A stretch of 64,000 nt of DNA from an uncultured Acidobacteriota bacterium (GCA_963817635.1 CAWFPR010000027.1:26274-90273), one strand, 5' to 3'. Shown: positions 17,981 through 29,766, numbered from the stretch's first letter. Numbers and translations: made by a program. Notes: generated from the sequence alone by a model not told the origin.

Positions 17981-20921
17981 ATGAGAAGGTTCATCGTTGC
18001 GATGGTCGTCGCCGGCGTCGCCGCGCTCGCGGGACATCCCGCCTTCGCGCAGCAGACCACCGGCAGCATCACCGGACGCGTCATCGACCCGCAGGGCGCA
18101 GCCATCCCCGGTGTGACGGTGACGGCGAAGAACACGCAGACGGGCTTCGTGCGGACCGACGTGAGCGACACCGAAGGCGTCTACCGGCTCAACGCGCTGC
18201 CGGTCGGCAGCTACGACGTCGTCGCCGAGCTTCAGGGCTTCAGCAGGATTGAGCACAAGGGCCTCACGCTCAATGTCGGGCAGACGCTCGACATCGGCCT
18301 GTCCATGAAGGTCGCGAACATGGAGGAGACCGTCACGGTCACCGGCGAGTCGCCGCTCATCGAGACCCGCTCGTCGTCGGTAGGCGGCGTGGTGGATGTC
18401 GGCCGGATCGAGAACCTGCCGCTCAACGGCCGGCAGTTCGCGAACCTCGCGGCCACCATCCCGGGGGTGGGACTCGGCTTCCACTCGGATCCGACCAAGA
18501 GCTCGCAGTTCTCGCCGCAGGTGAACGGCGGCAACGGCCGCAACGTCAACTACCAGATCGACGGCGGCGACAACAACGACGATACCGTCGGCGGACTGCT
18601 TCAGAACTTCCCTCTCGAGGCCATCCAGGAATTCAATTTCATCACCCAGCGCTTCAAGGCGGAGTACGGCCGGAGCAACGGCGGCGTGATGAACATCGTG
18701 ACCAAGAGCGGCACGAACCAGGTACAGCGGCAGTGCATTCTCGCTCGTGCGCGACAAGTCGCTCAACGCGCGCACGCACTCGGAGGAAGCCGCCGGGGCG
18801 CCGAAGGCGGACTACCGGCGCTACCAGCTCGGCGGATCGTTCGGCGGCCCGATCGTCCGGGACCGGTCGTTCTACTTCGGCGCCTTCGAGCACACGCAGC
18901 AGGACACCAACCAGCAGGTCGATACGCTCGGGCTCTTCCCGTCACAGGACGGCGTCTACAAGACGCCGATCCGCGAGACGCTCGTCAACGTCAAGCAGAC
19001 GACGACGATCAATGCGGCGCAGTACCTGTCGGTGCGCTACGGCCGGAACACGAACACCCAGCCGTACGGCGGCGGCGCCTGCAGGTTCGCGCCGAGCTCC
19101 TGGAGCACGAGCGAGAACACGTTCAACTCGATCAACGTGAACCACAACTGGGTGCTGGGCGGCTCCCGGCTGAACGAGTTCATCTTCCAGTATGCGAACT
19201 TCGCGAACTCGATCGGTCTCAGCAGCTCGGATCCCTACGAACTGTTCCCCAATACCGTGGCGATCGGCGCCAACCCGAACACGCCGCAGGCGACCGAGCA
19301 GACCAAGTGGCAGTTCCGCGACGACTTCTCGTGGAGCGTGACCGGCATGGGCGGACTCGGCCACGACATGAAGGCTGGCGCGAACTTCATCAATGAGCCG
19401 CACCTCTACGCGACGTTCAACAGCGGCGTGGACGACTACCAGTACACCCACCTGACCGACGACAGGGGCGGTCCGATCCAGACCATCACGCGCAACGGGG
19501 GCGTCGGGTCGGTGAACATCCCGTTCAAGCAGTACGCCGCCTACATCCAGGACGACTGGCGGATGTCCGATCGCCTGACGCTGAACCTCGGTCTGCGCTA
19601 CGACCTGGTGACCGGCGTGCAGATCGACCAGTCGCAGAACCCGAACTTCGTGGCGCTGCAGGCTGCCGGCAGCGCCGGACGCTTCGCGGGGATCCCCGGC
19701 ATGGAGGACTTCGGGAAGGCCCCGAAAGACGATCGCAACAACCTCCAGCCGCGCGTCGGCTTCGCGTGGGACATCAAGGGCACCGGCCAGGACGTGGTCC
19801 GCGGCGGCTGGGGCGTCTACCAGGACTTCGGCTACACCAACGCCAACGTGCTCTTCCCCGCCATCGACGCCAGCGGCCAGGGCCACGGCGCGATCTTCTC
19901 GGTGAACAGCCCGGGCGGCATCCTGAAGTCCGACGGCACGTTCTTCAACGTCGGCGATCCGATCTCGACCATCGAGAGCCAGAACGAGGCGGATCCGACC
20001 CGCCTGCCGCTCTTCGGCCAGGTGCTGTCGCCGCGGCTCCAGCAGCCCTACACGCGGCAGACGAACATCGGCTGGGCGCATCAGCTCGGGGCCTCCACCG
20101 CGATCACGGCCGACTACGTGCACATCGACGGCCGCGACCTCAATACGCGCTTCCGCTACAACTACCTGGATCCGGCGACGGGCCTGCGCCGGCTGGCGGG
20201 GCTCGACATCCGGCCGAATACGCAGGCGTTCCGCGCGGCGATCAGCGGCGCGACGAGCTCCTACGACGCGCTGATACTCGGGGCGCGGCGCCGGCTGTCT
20301 CACGGACTGGACTTCACCGTGTCGTACACGCTGGCGCAGGCAAAGAGCGACATCGGTGCGGCGTCGGATGAACTCGACGCCAACTACATCCAGGACGTCA
20401 CGCAGCCGTTCGCCGACGTGCAGAACGGACCGTCTGGACGCACCGACGCCCGCCACCGCGTCACGGCGAGCGCCGTGATTCGCGCGCCGTGGGGGGTCCA
20501 GGTGTCGCCGTTCTTCCTGTTCCGATCGGCGCTGCCGATCTTCACCTTCGAAGGGGTGGACCTGAATCACGACGGCAACAACAACGACCTGACGGCCAAG
20601 GCCTACGAGTACGACGGCCTGGGCAACGCGCCGAAGGAGATTGGCACCTGCACGACGGTCAACTGCAGCCGGGGCGCGAGCTTCGCGCAGCTGAACCTGC
20701 GGGTCTCGAAATCGTTCCCGATCGTCGGCCGCGCGCGCGTCGAGGCCATCGGCGAGATCTTCAACGTGACGAACGCGCTCAACCCGGCGTTCCCGCTGAC
20801 CTCGCAGCGGCTTGCCGGCGGCGTGCAGCGCGCGGCGTTCGTGCAGCCGACGGCGTTTGCCGGCGACTTCCGGCAGCCCGAGCAGCGCGTCGGCCAGATC
20901 GGATTCCGGTTCTCGTTCTGA
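17981..20921 (+). CDS. TonB-dependent receptor-like outer-membrane protein with N-terminal carboxypeptidase-regulatory-like domain (copy 1), one frameshift near 18740
   Basis: AGGAGG 10 nt upstream; signal MRRFIVAMVVAGVAALAGHPAFAQQ; TGSITGRVIDPQGAAIPGVTVTAKN...GVYRLNALPVGSYDV; plug/barrel motifs; C-terminal RVGQIGFRFSF; ORFs 17903..19396 and 18747..20921 join. Confidence 0.8.
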
Positions 20922-21202
20922 CGGTCGCGTCCGGCATCTGCATCGTTCGATAGGAGAGGCGACGGGATGGTCCCATTCGTCCGGGACCATCCCGTCCCGC
21001 CACTTGTCCCTCGTGTTTTTCTGGATGTTCGCGTCCGGCGCAAACGGGATATTGGATTCGGCGCTCACCCGTCCATCACGCCGTCCGTCACTCTCCCTTC
21101 CAATCCAACGGCTTGATCGATCGTGACGAGCTGTGCCACGGCTGGCGCGCGTGTTGCTGTCGCGTGGGCTCCGAACACTCACTCTTAGGAGGCACGGCAA
21201 GA

Positions 21203-24156
21203 ATGAAGAGAATCATCGTCACGGCCCTGGTGCTGTTGTGCGCGGCCGCGAAGGCCAACGCGCAGCAGACCGGCACGATCAACGGGCGCATCGTCGACGC
21301 GCAGGGAGCCGCGGTTCCCGGCGTGACGGTCACCGCCACGAGCACCTCGACGGGATTTGCCCGCACGGTGGTCTCGGACGGCGAGGGCATCTACCGGCTG
21401 AACGGCCTGCCGGTCGGCGCCTACGACCTGCACGCCGAGATCTCCGGCTTCGCGCCGTGGGAGCGGAAGCGCGTCACGGTGAACGTGGCGCAGACGACCG
21501 ATCTGAACATCGATTTGCAGCTCGCCGGGATGACCGAAGCGGTGAGCGTGACGGCCGAGGCCCCGCTCGTGAAGACGACCGATTCGTCGGTGGGTGGGGT
21601 CGTGGACGTCACCAAGATCGAAAGCCTGCCGCTCAACGGCCGGCAGTTCGCGAACCTGGCGATGACGATTCCCGGCGTCGGCCTCGGCTTCCACTCCGAC
21701 CCGACGAAGAGCACGCAGTACTCGCCGCAGATTGCCGGAGGCAACGGCCGCAACGTCAACTACCAGATCGACGGCGGCGACAACAACGACGATACGGTCG
21801 GCGGGCTGCTGCAGCTCTTTCCGCTCGAAGCGATCCAGGAGTTCAACTTCGTCACCCAGCGCTACAAGGCCGAATACGGCCGCAGCAACGGCGGCGTGAT
21901 GAACATCGTGACCAAGAGCGGGACGAACAACCTGAAAGGCAGCTGGTTCACGTCGATGCGCGACAAGAGCCTCAACGCGCGCACGATGACCGAGAAGATC
22001 AACAACGTCGCAAAGCAGGACTACCGCCGCTACCAGTACGGCGGGTCGCTCGGCGGCCCGATCGTGCAGAACAGGGCGCACTACTTCGCCGCCTTCGAGC
22101 GCACGCAGCAGGACACCAAACAGGCGGTCAGCACGCTCGGGCTCTTCCCGGAGCGAGGACGGGGTCTTCAACACGCCGAACCGCGAGAACCTGTTCACCG
22201 GCAAAGTCTCGACCAACCTCAACGCCTCGCAGTACCTGTCGGTCCGCTACGGCCGAAACACGAATTCGCAGGTGTACGGCGCTGCGACCCGTTCGGTGCC
22301 GGCCAACTGGGGCGACAGCGTGAACACGTTCAACTCGTTCAACCTGAACCACAACTGGGTGCTCGGCGGCGGCTCGCTGAACGAGTTCGTGTTCCAGTAC
22401 GCCGACTTCGACAACCACGTCGCGGCCCGCACGGGCGATCCGCGCCAGGTGTTCCCGAACAGCGTGATCATCGGCTACAACGCGAACACGCCGCAGTCGA
22501 CCATCCAGCACAAGTTCCAGTTCCGCGATGACTTCACCTGGCACGTGACCGGAATGGGCGGGCTCGGTCACGACTTCAAGGCCGGCGCGAACTTCATCAA
22601 CGAGCCGAAGCTGTACGTGACGTTCGCCTCCGGCAGCACCGACTACGCCTACACGCATCTGACCAACGACATCAACGGTCCGATTCAGACGATCACGCGC
22701 AGCAAGCCGGGTTCGTCGGCCAACCTGCCGCTGAAGCAGTACGGCGCCTACGTCCAGGACGACTGGCGCGCCACCGATCGCCTGACGATCAACCTCGGCG
22801 TCCGCTACGACCTGGTCACCGGCGTGCTGCTGGACCAGTCGAAGATTCCGAACTACGTGGCGCTCACGGCGGCCGCGGCCGCCGGCCGGTTCGATGGCGT
22901 GCCGGGCTTCGACGAGTTCGGCAAGAAGGCGCAGGAAGACAAGAACAACATCCAGCCGCGCGTCGGTGCGGTGTGGGACATTCACGGCAACGGCAAGGAC
23001 GTGGTCCGCGCCGGATGGGGCATCTACTACGACTTCGGCTTCACGAATGCCAACATCCTGTTCCCGGGCCTCAGCGTTCAGGGCGGCGCCGGCACGATTT
23101 TCACCGCGACGAATACGGCCGGGATCAAGCAACCCGGACGGCAGCTTCTTCACGGTCGGCCAGCCGATCGCGAACATCGCGAGCCAGAACGAAGTCAACC
23201 CGGACGGGCCGTTCTACAGCTCGAACGTCGCGGCGCCGCAGATCCGGCAGCCCTGGACGACGCAGGCGTCGGTGGGCTGGTCGCATGAGTTCGATTCGAC
23301 GACCGTGATCGACGTCGACTTCGTCAGCACCCGCGGCCACGACCTCGGCGTGCGCTGGCCGCTCAATACGCGCGTGAACGGCGGCGCCCGCCGCTACGCC
23401 GATCTCGGGCTGAATCCCGCCAACCCCACGATGAACCTGAGCGTCGGCGAAAGCCGGTTCGACGGCCTGAACCTCGGCGTGCGCCGTCGGCTGAACCACG
23501 GCATCCAGCTCAACGCGTGGTACTCGCTCTCGCGCGCGGATGGACTTGGCGGGCTCGGGGTGGACGAGTTGACCACCAACCTCGTGCAGGACGCCACGCA
23601 GCCGTTCGCGGACGTGCAGTGGGGACCGGCGGCCCGCACGGATGCGCGCCACAAGGTCACGGTGAGCGCCGTCATCCAGGCGCCGTGGGGGCTGTCAATC
23701 TCGCCGATCTTCCGGTACCGCTCCGCGCTGCCGATGCACATCTGGTACGGCTACGACGCGAACCAGGACGGCGTGAGCAACGACATCTACACGACCGCGT
23801 ACCGGTTCACGGGAGTCGATGACCAGGGCAATCCCTCGTTCAAGGAGATGGGCGCCTGCGAAAACGTGAACTGCGGACGCGGCGCGGCGCTGTCGCAGAT
23901 GAACCTGCGGGTGTCGAAGCTGTTCCGGCTGCCGGGCACGATGGCGATTGAAGCGTTCGGCGAGGTCTTCAACCTCTTCAACGCGATCAACCCCGCGTTC
24001 AACGTCGGCGCGTCCTCGTCGTCGCCCGCGTTCTTCACCGGAACGCTGGCGAATCACACGGAGAACACGGTGTTCATGCGGCCCAACGCGTATGCCGGAG
24101 ATGCCGGCCAGCCCGAACAGCGCGTCGGACAGGTGGGCTTCCGCTTCGTGTTCTAA
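21203..24156 (+). CDS. TonB-dependent receptor-like protein (copy 2), at least 3 frameshifts
   Basis: AGGAGG upstream; MKRIIVTALVLLCAAAKANAQQTGTINGRIVDAQG...; paralogous to copy 1 throughout; frame changes near 22150, 22270 and 23130; ends QRVGQVGFRFVF. Confidence 0.8.
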
Positions 24157-24206
24157 AGAGGCTTGGGGCTTGGGGCTTGGGGCTTGGGGGCGTCAGCCTC
24201 CAGGCC
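24157..24206. repeat. GGCTTGG-heptad repeat element (half copy) directly after the copy-2 stop
   Basis: AGAGGCTTGGGGCTTGGGGCTTGGGGCTTGGGGGCGTCAGCCTCCAGGCC; the same element follows the copy-3 stop (27494-27540). Confidence 0.6.
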
Positions 24207-24296
24207 ACAAGCTTCCGTCAGCCCGGGCAGCGCGTCGGCCAGGTCGGATTCCGATTCTCGTTCTTTCGATCGCGTCCGGCATCTCTATCGTTCGAT
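24207..24296 (+). other. orphan duplicate of a TBDR gene 3' end (recombination scar)
   Basis: CAGCCCGGGCAGCGCGTCGGCCAGGTCGGATTCCGATTCTCGTTCTTTCGATCGCGTCCGGCATCTCTATCGTTCGATAGG closely matches the last ~60 nt of copy 1 plus its downstream TCGCGTCCGGCATCT..ATCGTTCGATAGG motif, but lies in the copy-2/copy-3 spacer. Confidence 0.6.
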
Positions 24297-24542
24297 AGGC
24301 ACGTGGGGTGGTCCCCGACGTCTGGGACCATCCCACGTGACGAAAGTCCCAGCGCTTCCGTTGGATGTTCCCATCGGGCGAACACAATAAATTGGATCGC
24401 CCCATCGCGATCTGGCCCACCGTCCGTGCCTCCCGCTCGAATCCAACGGCATATTCGGCGGTGACGAGTGGTGACGCGGATGGCGCGCCTGTTGCTGACC
24501 AGTCGGCCCCGTTGCCGACACTTTCAGGGAGGCACGCCAGGA

Positions 24543-27493
24543 ATGAAGACAATCACTGTCACAGCCCTCGTGTTGCTCTGCGCCCTGGCCGGCACGGCCA
24601 GCGCCCAGCAGTCGGGCATCACGGGCCGCGTCGTGGACGCACAGGGAGCCGCGGTTCCCGGCGTCACGGTCACCGCGACCCAGTCCGCCACGGGCTTCGT
24701 GCGCACCGTGGTCTCCGATCGCGAAGGTATCTACCGGCTCAACGGCATGCCGGTCGGCTCCTACGACCTGACGGCGGAGATCGCCGGATTCGCCACGTGG
24801 GAGCGCAAGGGGATCATCGTCAACGTGGCCCAGACGACGGACCTGAACATCGACCTGAAGCTTGCCGGCATGACCGAGGCGGTCCAGGTCACGGGTGAAT
24901 CGCCGCTGATCAAGACCACCGATTCGTCGGTCGGCGGGGTGGTGGACGTCGGGAAGATCGAGAGCCTGCCGCTGAACGGGCGTCAGTTCGCGAACCTCGC
25001 GATGACGATCCCGGGCGTCGGGCTCGGCTTCCACTCCGACCCGACCAAGAGCACGCAGTACTCGCCGCAGATTGCGGGCGGCAACGGCCGCAACGTCAAC
25101 TACCAGATCGACGGCGGCGACAACAACGACGATACGGTCGGCGGCCTGCTGCAGCTCTTCCCGCTCGAAGCGATCCAGGAGTTCAACTTCGTCACCCAGC
25201 GCTACAAGGCCGAGTACGGCCGCAGCAACGGCGGCGTGATGAACATCGTGACCAAGAGCGGGACGAACACCCTGAAGGGCAGCTGGTTCACGCTGTTCCG
25301 CGACAAGACCCTCAACGCCCGCACCGAGACCGAGAAGCTGACCGACGTGCCGAAGCAGGACTATCGCCGGTACCAGTTCGGCGGCTCGTTCGGCGGCCCG
25401 ATCCTCCGGGACAAGGCCCACTTCTTCGGGGCCTTCGAACGCACGCAGCAGGACACGCTGCAGTCGGTGGACACCAAGGGGCTGTTCCCCGACCAGGACG
25501 GGGTCTACACGACGCCGTATCGCGAGAACCTGGTGACCGTGAAGGGCACGGCCAGCCTGAACGCCTCGCAGTATCTGTCGGTCCGCTACGGCCGCAACAC
25601 CAACAGCCAGCCGTACGGCGTGGACCCGTCGACTCCGCCGAGCGGCTGGGGGAAGAGCTCCAACACGTTCAACTCGATCAACGCCAACCACAACTGGGTG
25701 CTGGGCGGAGCGAAGCTGAACGAGTTCATTTTCCAGTTCGCGGAGTTCGCCAATGCGATTACGGCCAACAGCCTCGACCCGCAGGTCAGTTTCCCGAACG
25801 GCGTGAGCATCGGGCAGAACACCAATACGCCGCAGCAGACGCAGCAGAAGAAGTGGCAGTTCCGCGATGACTTCACCTGGAGCGCAGCGGGGCTGGGCGG
25901 CCTGAGCCACGGGTTCAAGGCCGGCGTCAACTTCATCAACGAGCCGCGCCTGTTCATCACGTTCAACACGGGGACGGGCGACTACGCGTACTCGCTGTTG
26001 ACCAACGCGCTGAACGGCCTGGTCACCGACGTCACGCGCAACGGCGGCGCGGCCGAGTCCAACATCCCCACGAAGCAGTTCGCCGCCTACGTCCAGGACG
26101 ACTGGAAGGTCAGCAACCGGCTGACGCTGAACCTCGGGTTCCGCTACGACCTGCTCACGGGGTTTGCGATCGATCAGACGAAGAACCCGAACTTCGTGAT
26201 CGCTGCAGGCTGCCGCGGCCGCGGGCCGCTTCGCGGGCCAGCCGGCTTTCCAGGACTTCGGCAAGAGTCCCAAGGAGGATCGCAACAACTGGCAGCCCCG
26301 CGTCGGCGCGGTGTGTACGACTTGAGCGGCGACGGCAGGGACGTCATCCGCGCCGGCTGGGGCCGGTACTACGACGTCGGCTACACGAACGCCAACATCC
26401 TGTTCGCGGCGATCAACGCGACGGGCATCGGCGCCGGCCAGGTGTTCAACGTCCACAACATGAACGGCATCCTGAAGGCGGACGGCAGCCGTTCCACGTC
26501 GGTGATCCGGTCAGCAGCATCCAGTCGCAGAACGAGGCCGGCGGCGCCCTCCCGCTGAACTCGCACATCGCGTCGCCCCGCATCAGGCAGCCCTACTCGG
26601 ACGCAGACGACGATCGGGTGGTCGCACCAGCTCGACGCCGCGACGGTGATCGACGTGGACTACACCCATTCGGCGGGGCACGACCTCGGCTGGCGCAGCC
26701 AGTTGAACCAGCGCGACCACGGCTCCGCTCGCGTCAGTTCGCCGACCTGCCCTCAGCCCGGCGAAATTCACCTCGACATCAGCGACGGCAGGAGCCGGTT
26801 ATGACGGCGCTGAACTTCGGGCGTGCGCCGGCGTATGTCGAACGGCGTGTCGTTCACGGCGTGGTACTCGCTGTCGCGCGGCGAAGGCCACGGCGGGCAA
26901 CGGGTCGGACGAGCTGACATCCAGAACGTGCAGGACCACCTGGATCCGTCTCGCCGACGTGCAGTATCGGTCCCTCGGCCGAACCGATGCGCGCCACAAG
27001 CGCGACGATCTCGCGGCGTATGGAACGCGCCCTGGGCATCACCGTGTCTCCGGTGTTCCGCTTCGATCGGCGCTGCCGGTGGGGATCGGGAAGGAATCGA
27101 CCTGAATAGCAATGGCGTCAACAACGACATCGACACGGAGGCGTTCGACTATGACGGCCTGAACAGTGACGGCACGGTCAAGCTCAAGGATCGCGGCGCG
27201 TGCACGACGATCAACTGCGGACGCGGCGCGTCGCAGTCCACCTATCAACCTGCGCGTGTCGAAGAGCGTCACCTGTCGCGGCACGACGTGGATCGAGGCG
27301 TTCGCCGAGGTGTTCAACCTGTTCAACGTGAAGAACCCCAATTCAGCGTGGGTGTGGCCTCGTCGCCCGGTTACCTGGGCATGTGGCCAGCTCACGGAGA
27401 ATCCGGACTTCCTGCGTCCGACGGAGCTACTCCGGCGACTGCCAGAACCCGGAGCAGCGCGTCGGCCAGATCGGGTTCCGCTTCGTGTTCTAA
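24543..27493 (+). pseudogene. TonB-dependent receptor-like protein (copy 3); 3' third heavily decayed
   Basis: AGGGAGG upstream; MKTITVTALVLLCALAGTASAQQSGITGRVVDAQG...; intact to ~26200, then two shifts near 26205-26310; after 26490 the reading frame changes roughly every 50-150 nt, yet still ends with QRVGQIGFRFVF-TAA. Confidence 0.75.
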
Positions 27494-27497
27494 AGAG

Positions 27498-27620
27498 GCT
27501 TGGGGCTTCGGGCTTGGGGCTTGGGGGCGTCAGCCTCCGGGCCTCAGGCCGGCTCTGAGCCCAACCTAGCCCAAGCCTGACCCTGAGCCCCCAAGCCAGA
27601 AGCCTGAAGCCTCAAGCCCC
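27498..27620. repeat. long imperfect hairpin built from GGCTTGG / CCAAGCC heptads (REP-like; probable bidirectional terminator)
   Basis: fills the 126-nt spacer between convergent stops; left arm GGCTTGGGGCTTCGGGCTTGGGGCTTGGGGG, right arm CCCCCAAGCCAGAAGCCTGAAGCCTCAAGCCCC. Confidence 0.6.
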
Positions 27621-29692
27621 TACCGCAGGCCCGCGAGCAGCGTCGCGGCCGCCTTCCGTTCTTTCGTGGCGCTCGCGGGAGCCGTGTCGAGCACGTGCTG
27701 ATAGGTGTCGGCGGCGCGCCCGCGGTCGCCGCTCTCCTGGTAGGCAATCCCCAGATTCAACTGCGCCTCGTACAGATGCGGATCGCTGGCGACCGCCTGT
27801 TCGAGGAATTCGATCGCATCGTCCGGGCGCTTGCGCTGGACCAGCACGACGCCGAGGCCGTTGTTTGCATCCGCAAACGAAGTGTCGATTTGAAGCGCGC
27901 GGCGGTAGGCCTCCTCGGCGCGATCCAGGTCGCCAAGGTCACGGCGCGCATTGCCCAGGTTCGTCCAGAACGACGCATTGGACGGATCCTCGGCTGCCGC
28001 GCGTTCGAACGCGTCGGCCGCGCCGGCGGCATCGCCTGATTCGGCGCGCAGCAGACCCAGGCCGTTCAGCGCGGCGGCGTTCGTTCCGTCGATCGCCAGC
28101 GCGGCCTGTTCGGCGCGCAGCGCCTCCCGCGGATCTCCCGCGGTGCGCGCCGCCACCGCCAGATCGTGATAAAGCGACGGGTCCGCCGGCCAGCGCGCGA
28201 CCGCCTCGCGGTAGACCTTCACGGCGGCGCGCGCCGACCCGGTGTCCTTCAGGGCCCGCGCGTACGTCGACAGGAAGACGCGCGCCGCCGGATGGGCGGC
28301 GGCGAGCGCCTTCAGGCGCGGCAGTGCGGCCGCCGCCCGCCCGGCGTTGACGTCGGCCAGCGCCTCCTCGAAGCTCGTCCAGGCCGCGATGTGACGTGCG
28401 GGATTCGGCGCCGCGCCAGCATCGGCGACGGGCTGCGCGCCCCCACCGACGTAGCCGAGCGCCCGCAATCGCTCGGCGGCCTCCGGGGACATCTCCGGAT
28501 CCGCGCGCGGCCCTTTCGCCTCGGACAGCTCGCGCGCCCTCCCCGTCATCGCCTCGACGGTCGCGCGGCGCGCGGCGGCCAGGTTGTGCTGTTCGCCGGG
28601 ATCGGCGGCGACGTCGTACAGTTCGGACTCCGACGACAGAATCAGCTTCCATCGATCGGCGGCGAGGACGGTCAGGGCGTGCCAGCCCGCGACGCGAGGG
28701 TATTCCGTCTCCGCGTACACCTCCTCCGGCTCGTGCGACAGCAGGTGCAGGCCGGCGCTCATGCCGGCGGGCGCGGCGACGCCGTTGAGCGCGACGAGCG
28801 CGCCGGCGAGCGCGGCGAGCGAGACGTTGTCGTCGAAGGTGCCGGCCACGACACCCGGCCCATGGAGAATCAGCGGCACACGCAGCGTGGAATCGTAGGC
28901 GAGGATTCCGTGCGCCTGCTCGCCGTGCTCGCCGAGCCCTTCGCCATGGTCGCCGGCCACGGCAATCACGGTGTCGTCGAAGACCCCACGGTCCCGAAGC
29001 GCCGCCAGCAGCCGGCCGACCTGCGCGTCGGCATAGGCGACTTCTCCGTCGTACGCATTTCCGCCCGCCCTGGCCAGGAACTCCGGCGGCGGATCGTACG
29101 GCGCGTGGGGATCGTAGAGGTGGACCCAGAGAAAGAACGGACCAGCCGGCAACCTGCGCAGCCAGTCGAGCGCGGCATCGACGACCTCCCCGCCCCGCCG
29201 CTCCGCCTCGAGCGCGGCGCCGCGATCCGGATCGCGGTGCACGCGGTCGTCGTACACGTCGAAGCCGTCGTCCAGTCCGAAGATATGATTCAGCACGTAG
29301 GCGCCGACGAAGGCGCCGGTGTGGTATCCCGCGCCGCGGAGCACGCTCGCGAGCGTCGGCGGGCCCGGCTCGAACGTCAGGCCGTTGTCGTGGACCCCGT
29401 GCACCGGCGGCAGCGTGCCGGTCATGATGGTGGTGTGCGACGGCAGCGTGAGGGGGACCGCGGTCCGCGCGTGCGTGAACCTGGCGCCGCCGTCAGCGGC
29501 GAGCGCGTCGAGCGCCGGCGTCAGTCCGCGTCCGAGCCGGTCGGCGCGCAGCGTATCGATCGTGATGAGGACGACGCTGTGGCGGGACGGACTGGCGGAC
29601 CGGGCGCCGCGCGGCGTGCGTTCGCGCGTCCAGAGAAGTATCCCGGCCGCACAAAGGCCGCCGACGATCACCACGGCCACGAGTCGTCTCAT
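27620..29692 (-). CDS. sulfatase-like hydrolase/transferase fused to C-terminal TPR repeats (paralog of 15912..17918)
   Basis: 690 aa intact; signal/TM MRRLVAVVIVGGLCAAGILLW; VVLITIDTLRADRLG, GPFFLWVHLYDPHAPY, GDHGEGLGEHGE; TPR region in the C-terminal 300 aa. Confidence 0.8.
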   Translation of the reverse strand: MRRLVAVVIVGGLCAAGILLWTRERTPRGARSASPSRHSVVLITIDTLRADRLGRGLTPALDALAADGGARFTHARTAVPLTLPSHTTIMTGTLPPVHGVHDNGLTFEPGPPTLASVLRGAGYHTGAFVGAYVLNHIFGLDDGFDVYDDRVHRDPDRGAALEAERRGGEVVDAALDWLRRLPAGPFFLWVHLYDPHAPYDPPPEFLARAGGNAYDGEVAYADAQVGRLLAALRDRGVFDDTVIAVAGDHGEGLGEHGEQAHGILAYDSTLRVPLILHGPGVVAGTFDDNVSLAALAGALVALNGVAAPAGMSAGLHLLSHEPEEVYAETEYPRVAGWHALTVLAADRWKLILSSESELYDVAADPGEQHNLAAARRATVEAMTGRARELSEAKGPRADPEMSPEAAERLRALGYVGGGAQPVADAGAAPNPARHIAAWTSFEEALADVNAGRAAAALPRLKALAAAHPAARVFLSTYARALKDTGSARAAVKVYREAVARWPADPSLYHDLAVAARTAGDPREALRAEQAALAIDGTNAAALNGLGLLRAESGDAAGAADAFERAAAEDPSNASFWTNLGNARRDLGDLDRAEEAYRRALQIDTSFADANNGLGVVLVQRKRPDDAIEFLEQAVASDPHLYEAQLNLGIAYQESGDRGRAADTYQHVLDTAPASATKERKAAATLLAGLR

Positions 29693-29766
29693 CTTCGACG
29701 ATTATGGCATTCTTGGGGGACGAGGCGATTCTGACGCGGAGCCAATCCGCGGGACCAGGGGCCGAC

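Noticed and set aside
18942-21200. 752-aa minus-strand ORF, and similar long minus ORFs 24285..26456, 22128..23198, 31143..33083, 31790..33421, 38343..40205, 44402..45661 and 28166..29734
   Set aside because: Antisense shadows of strongly supported plus- or minus-strand genes in 68% GC DNA. They have low-complexity Arg/Ala/Gly/Pro composition and no motifs.
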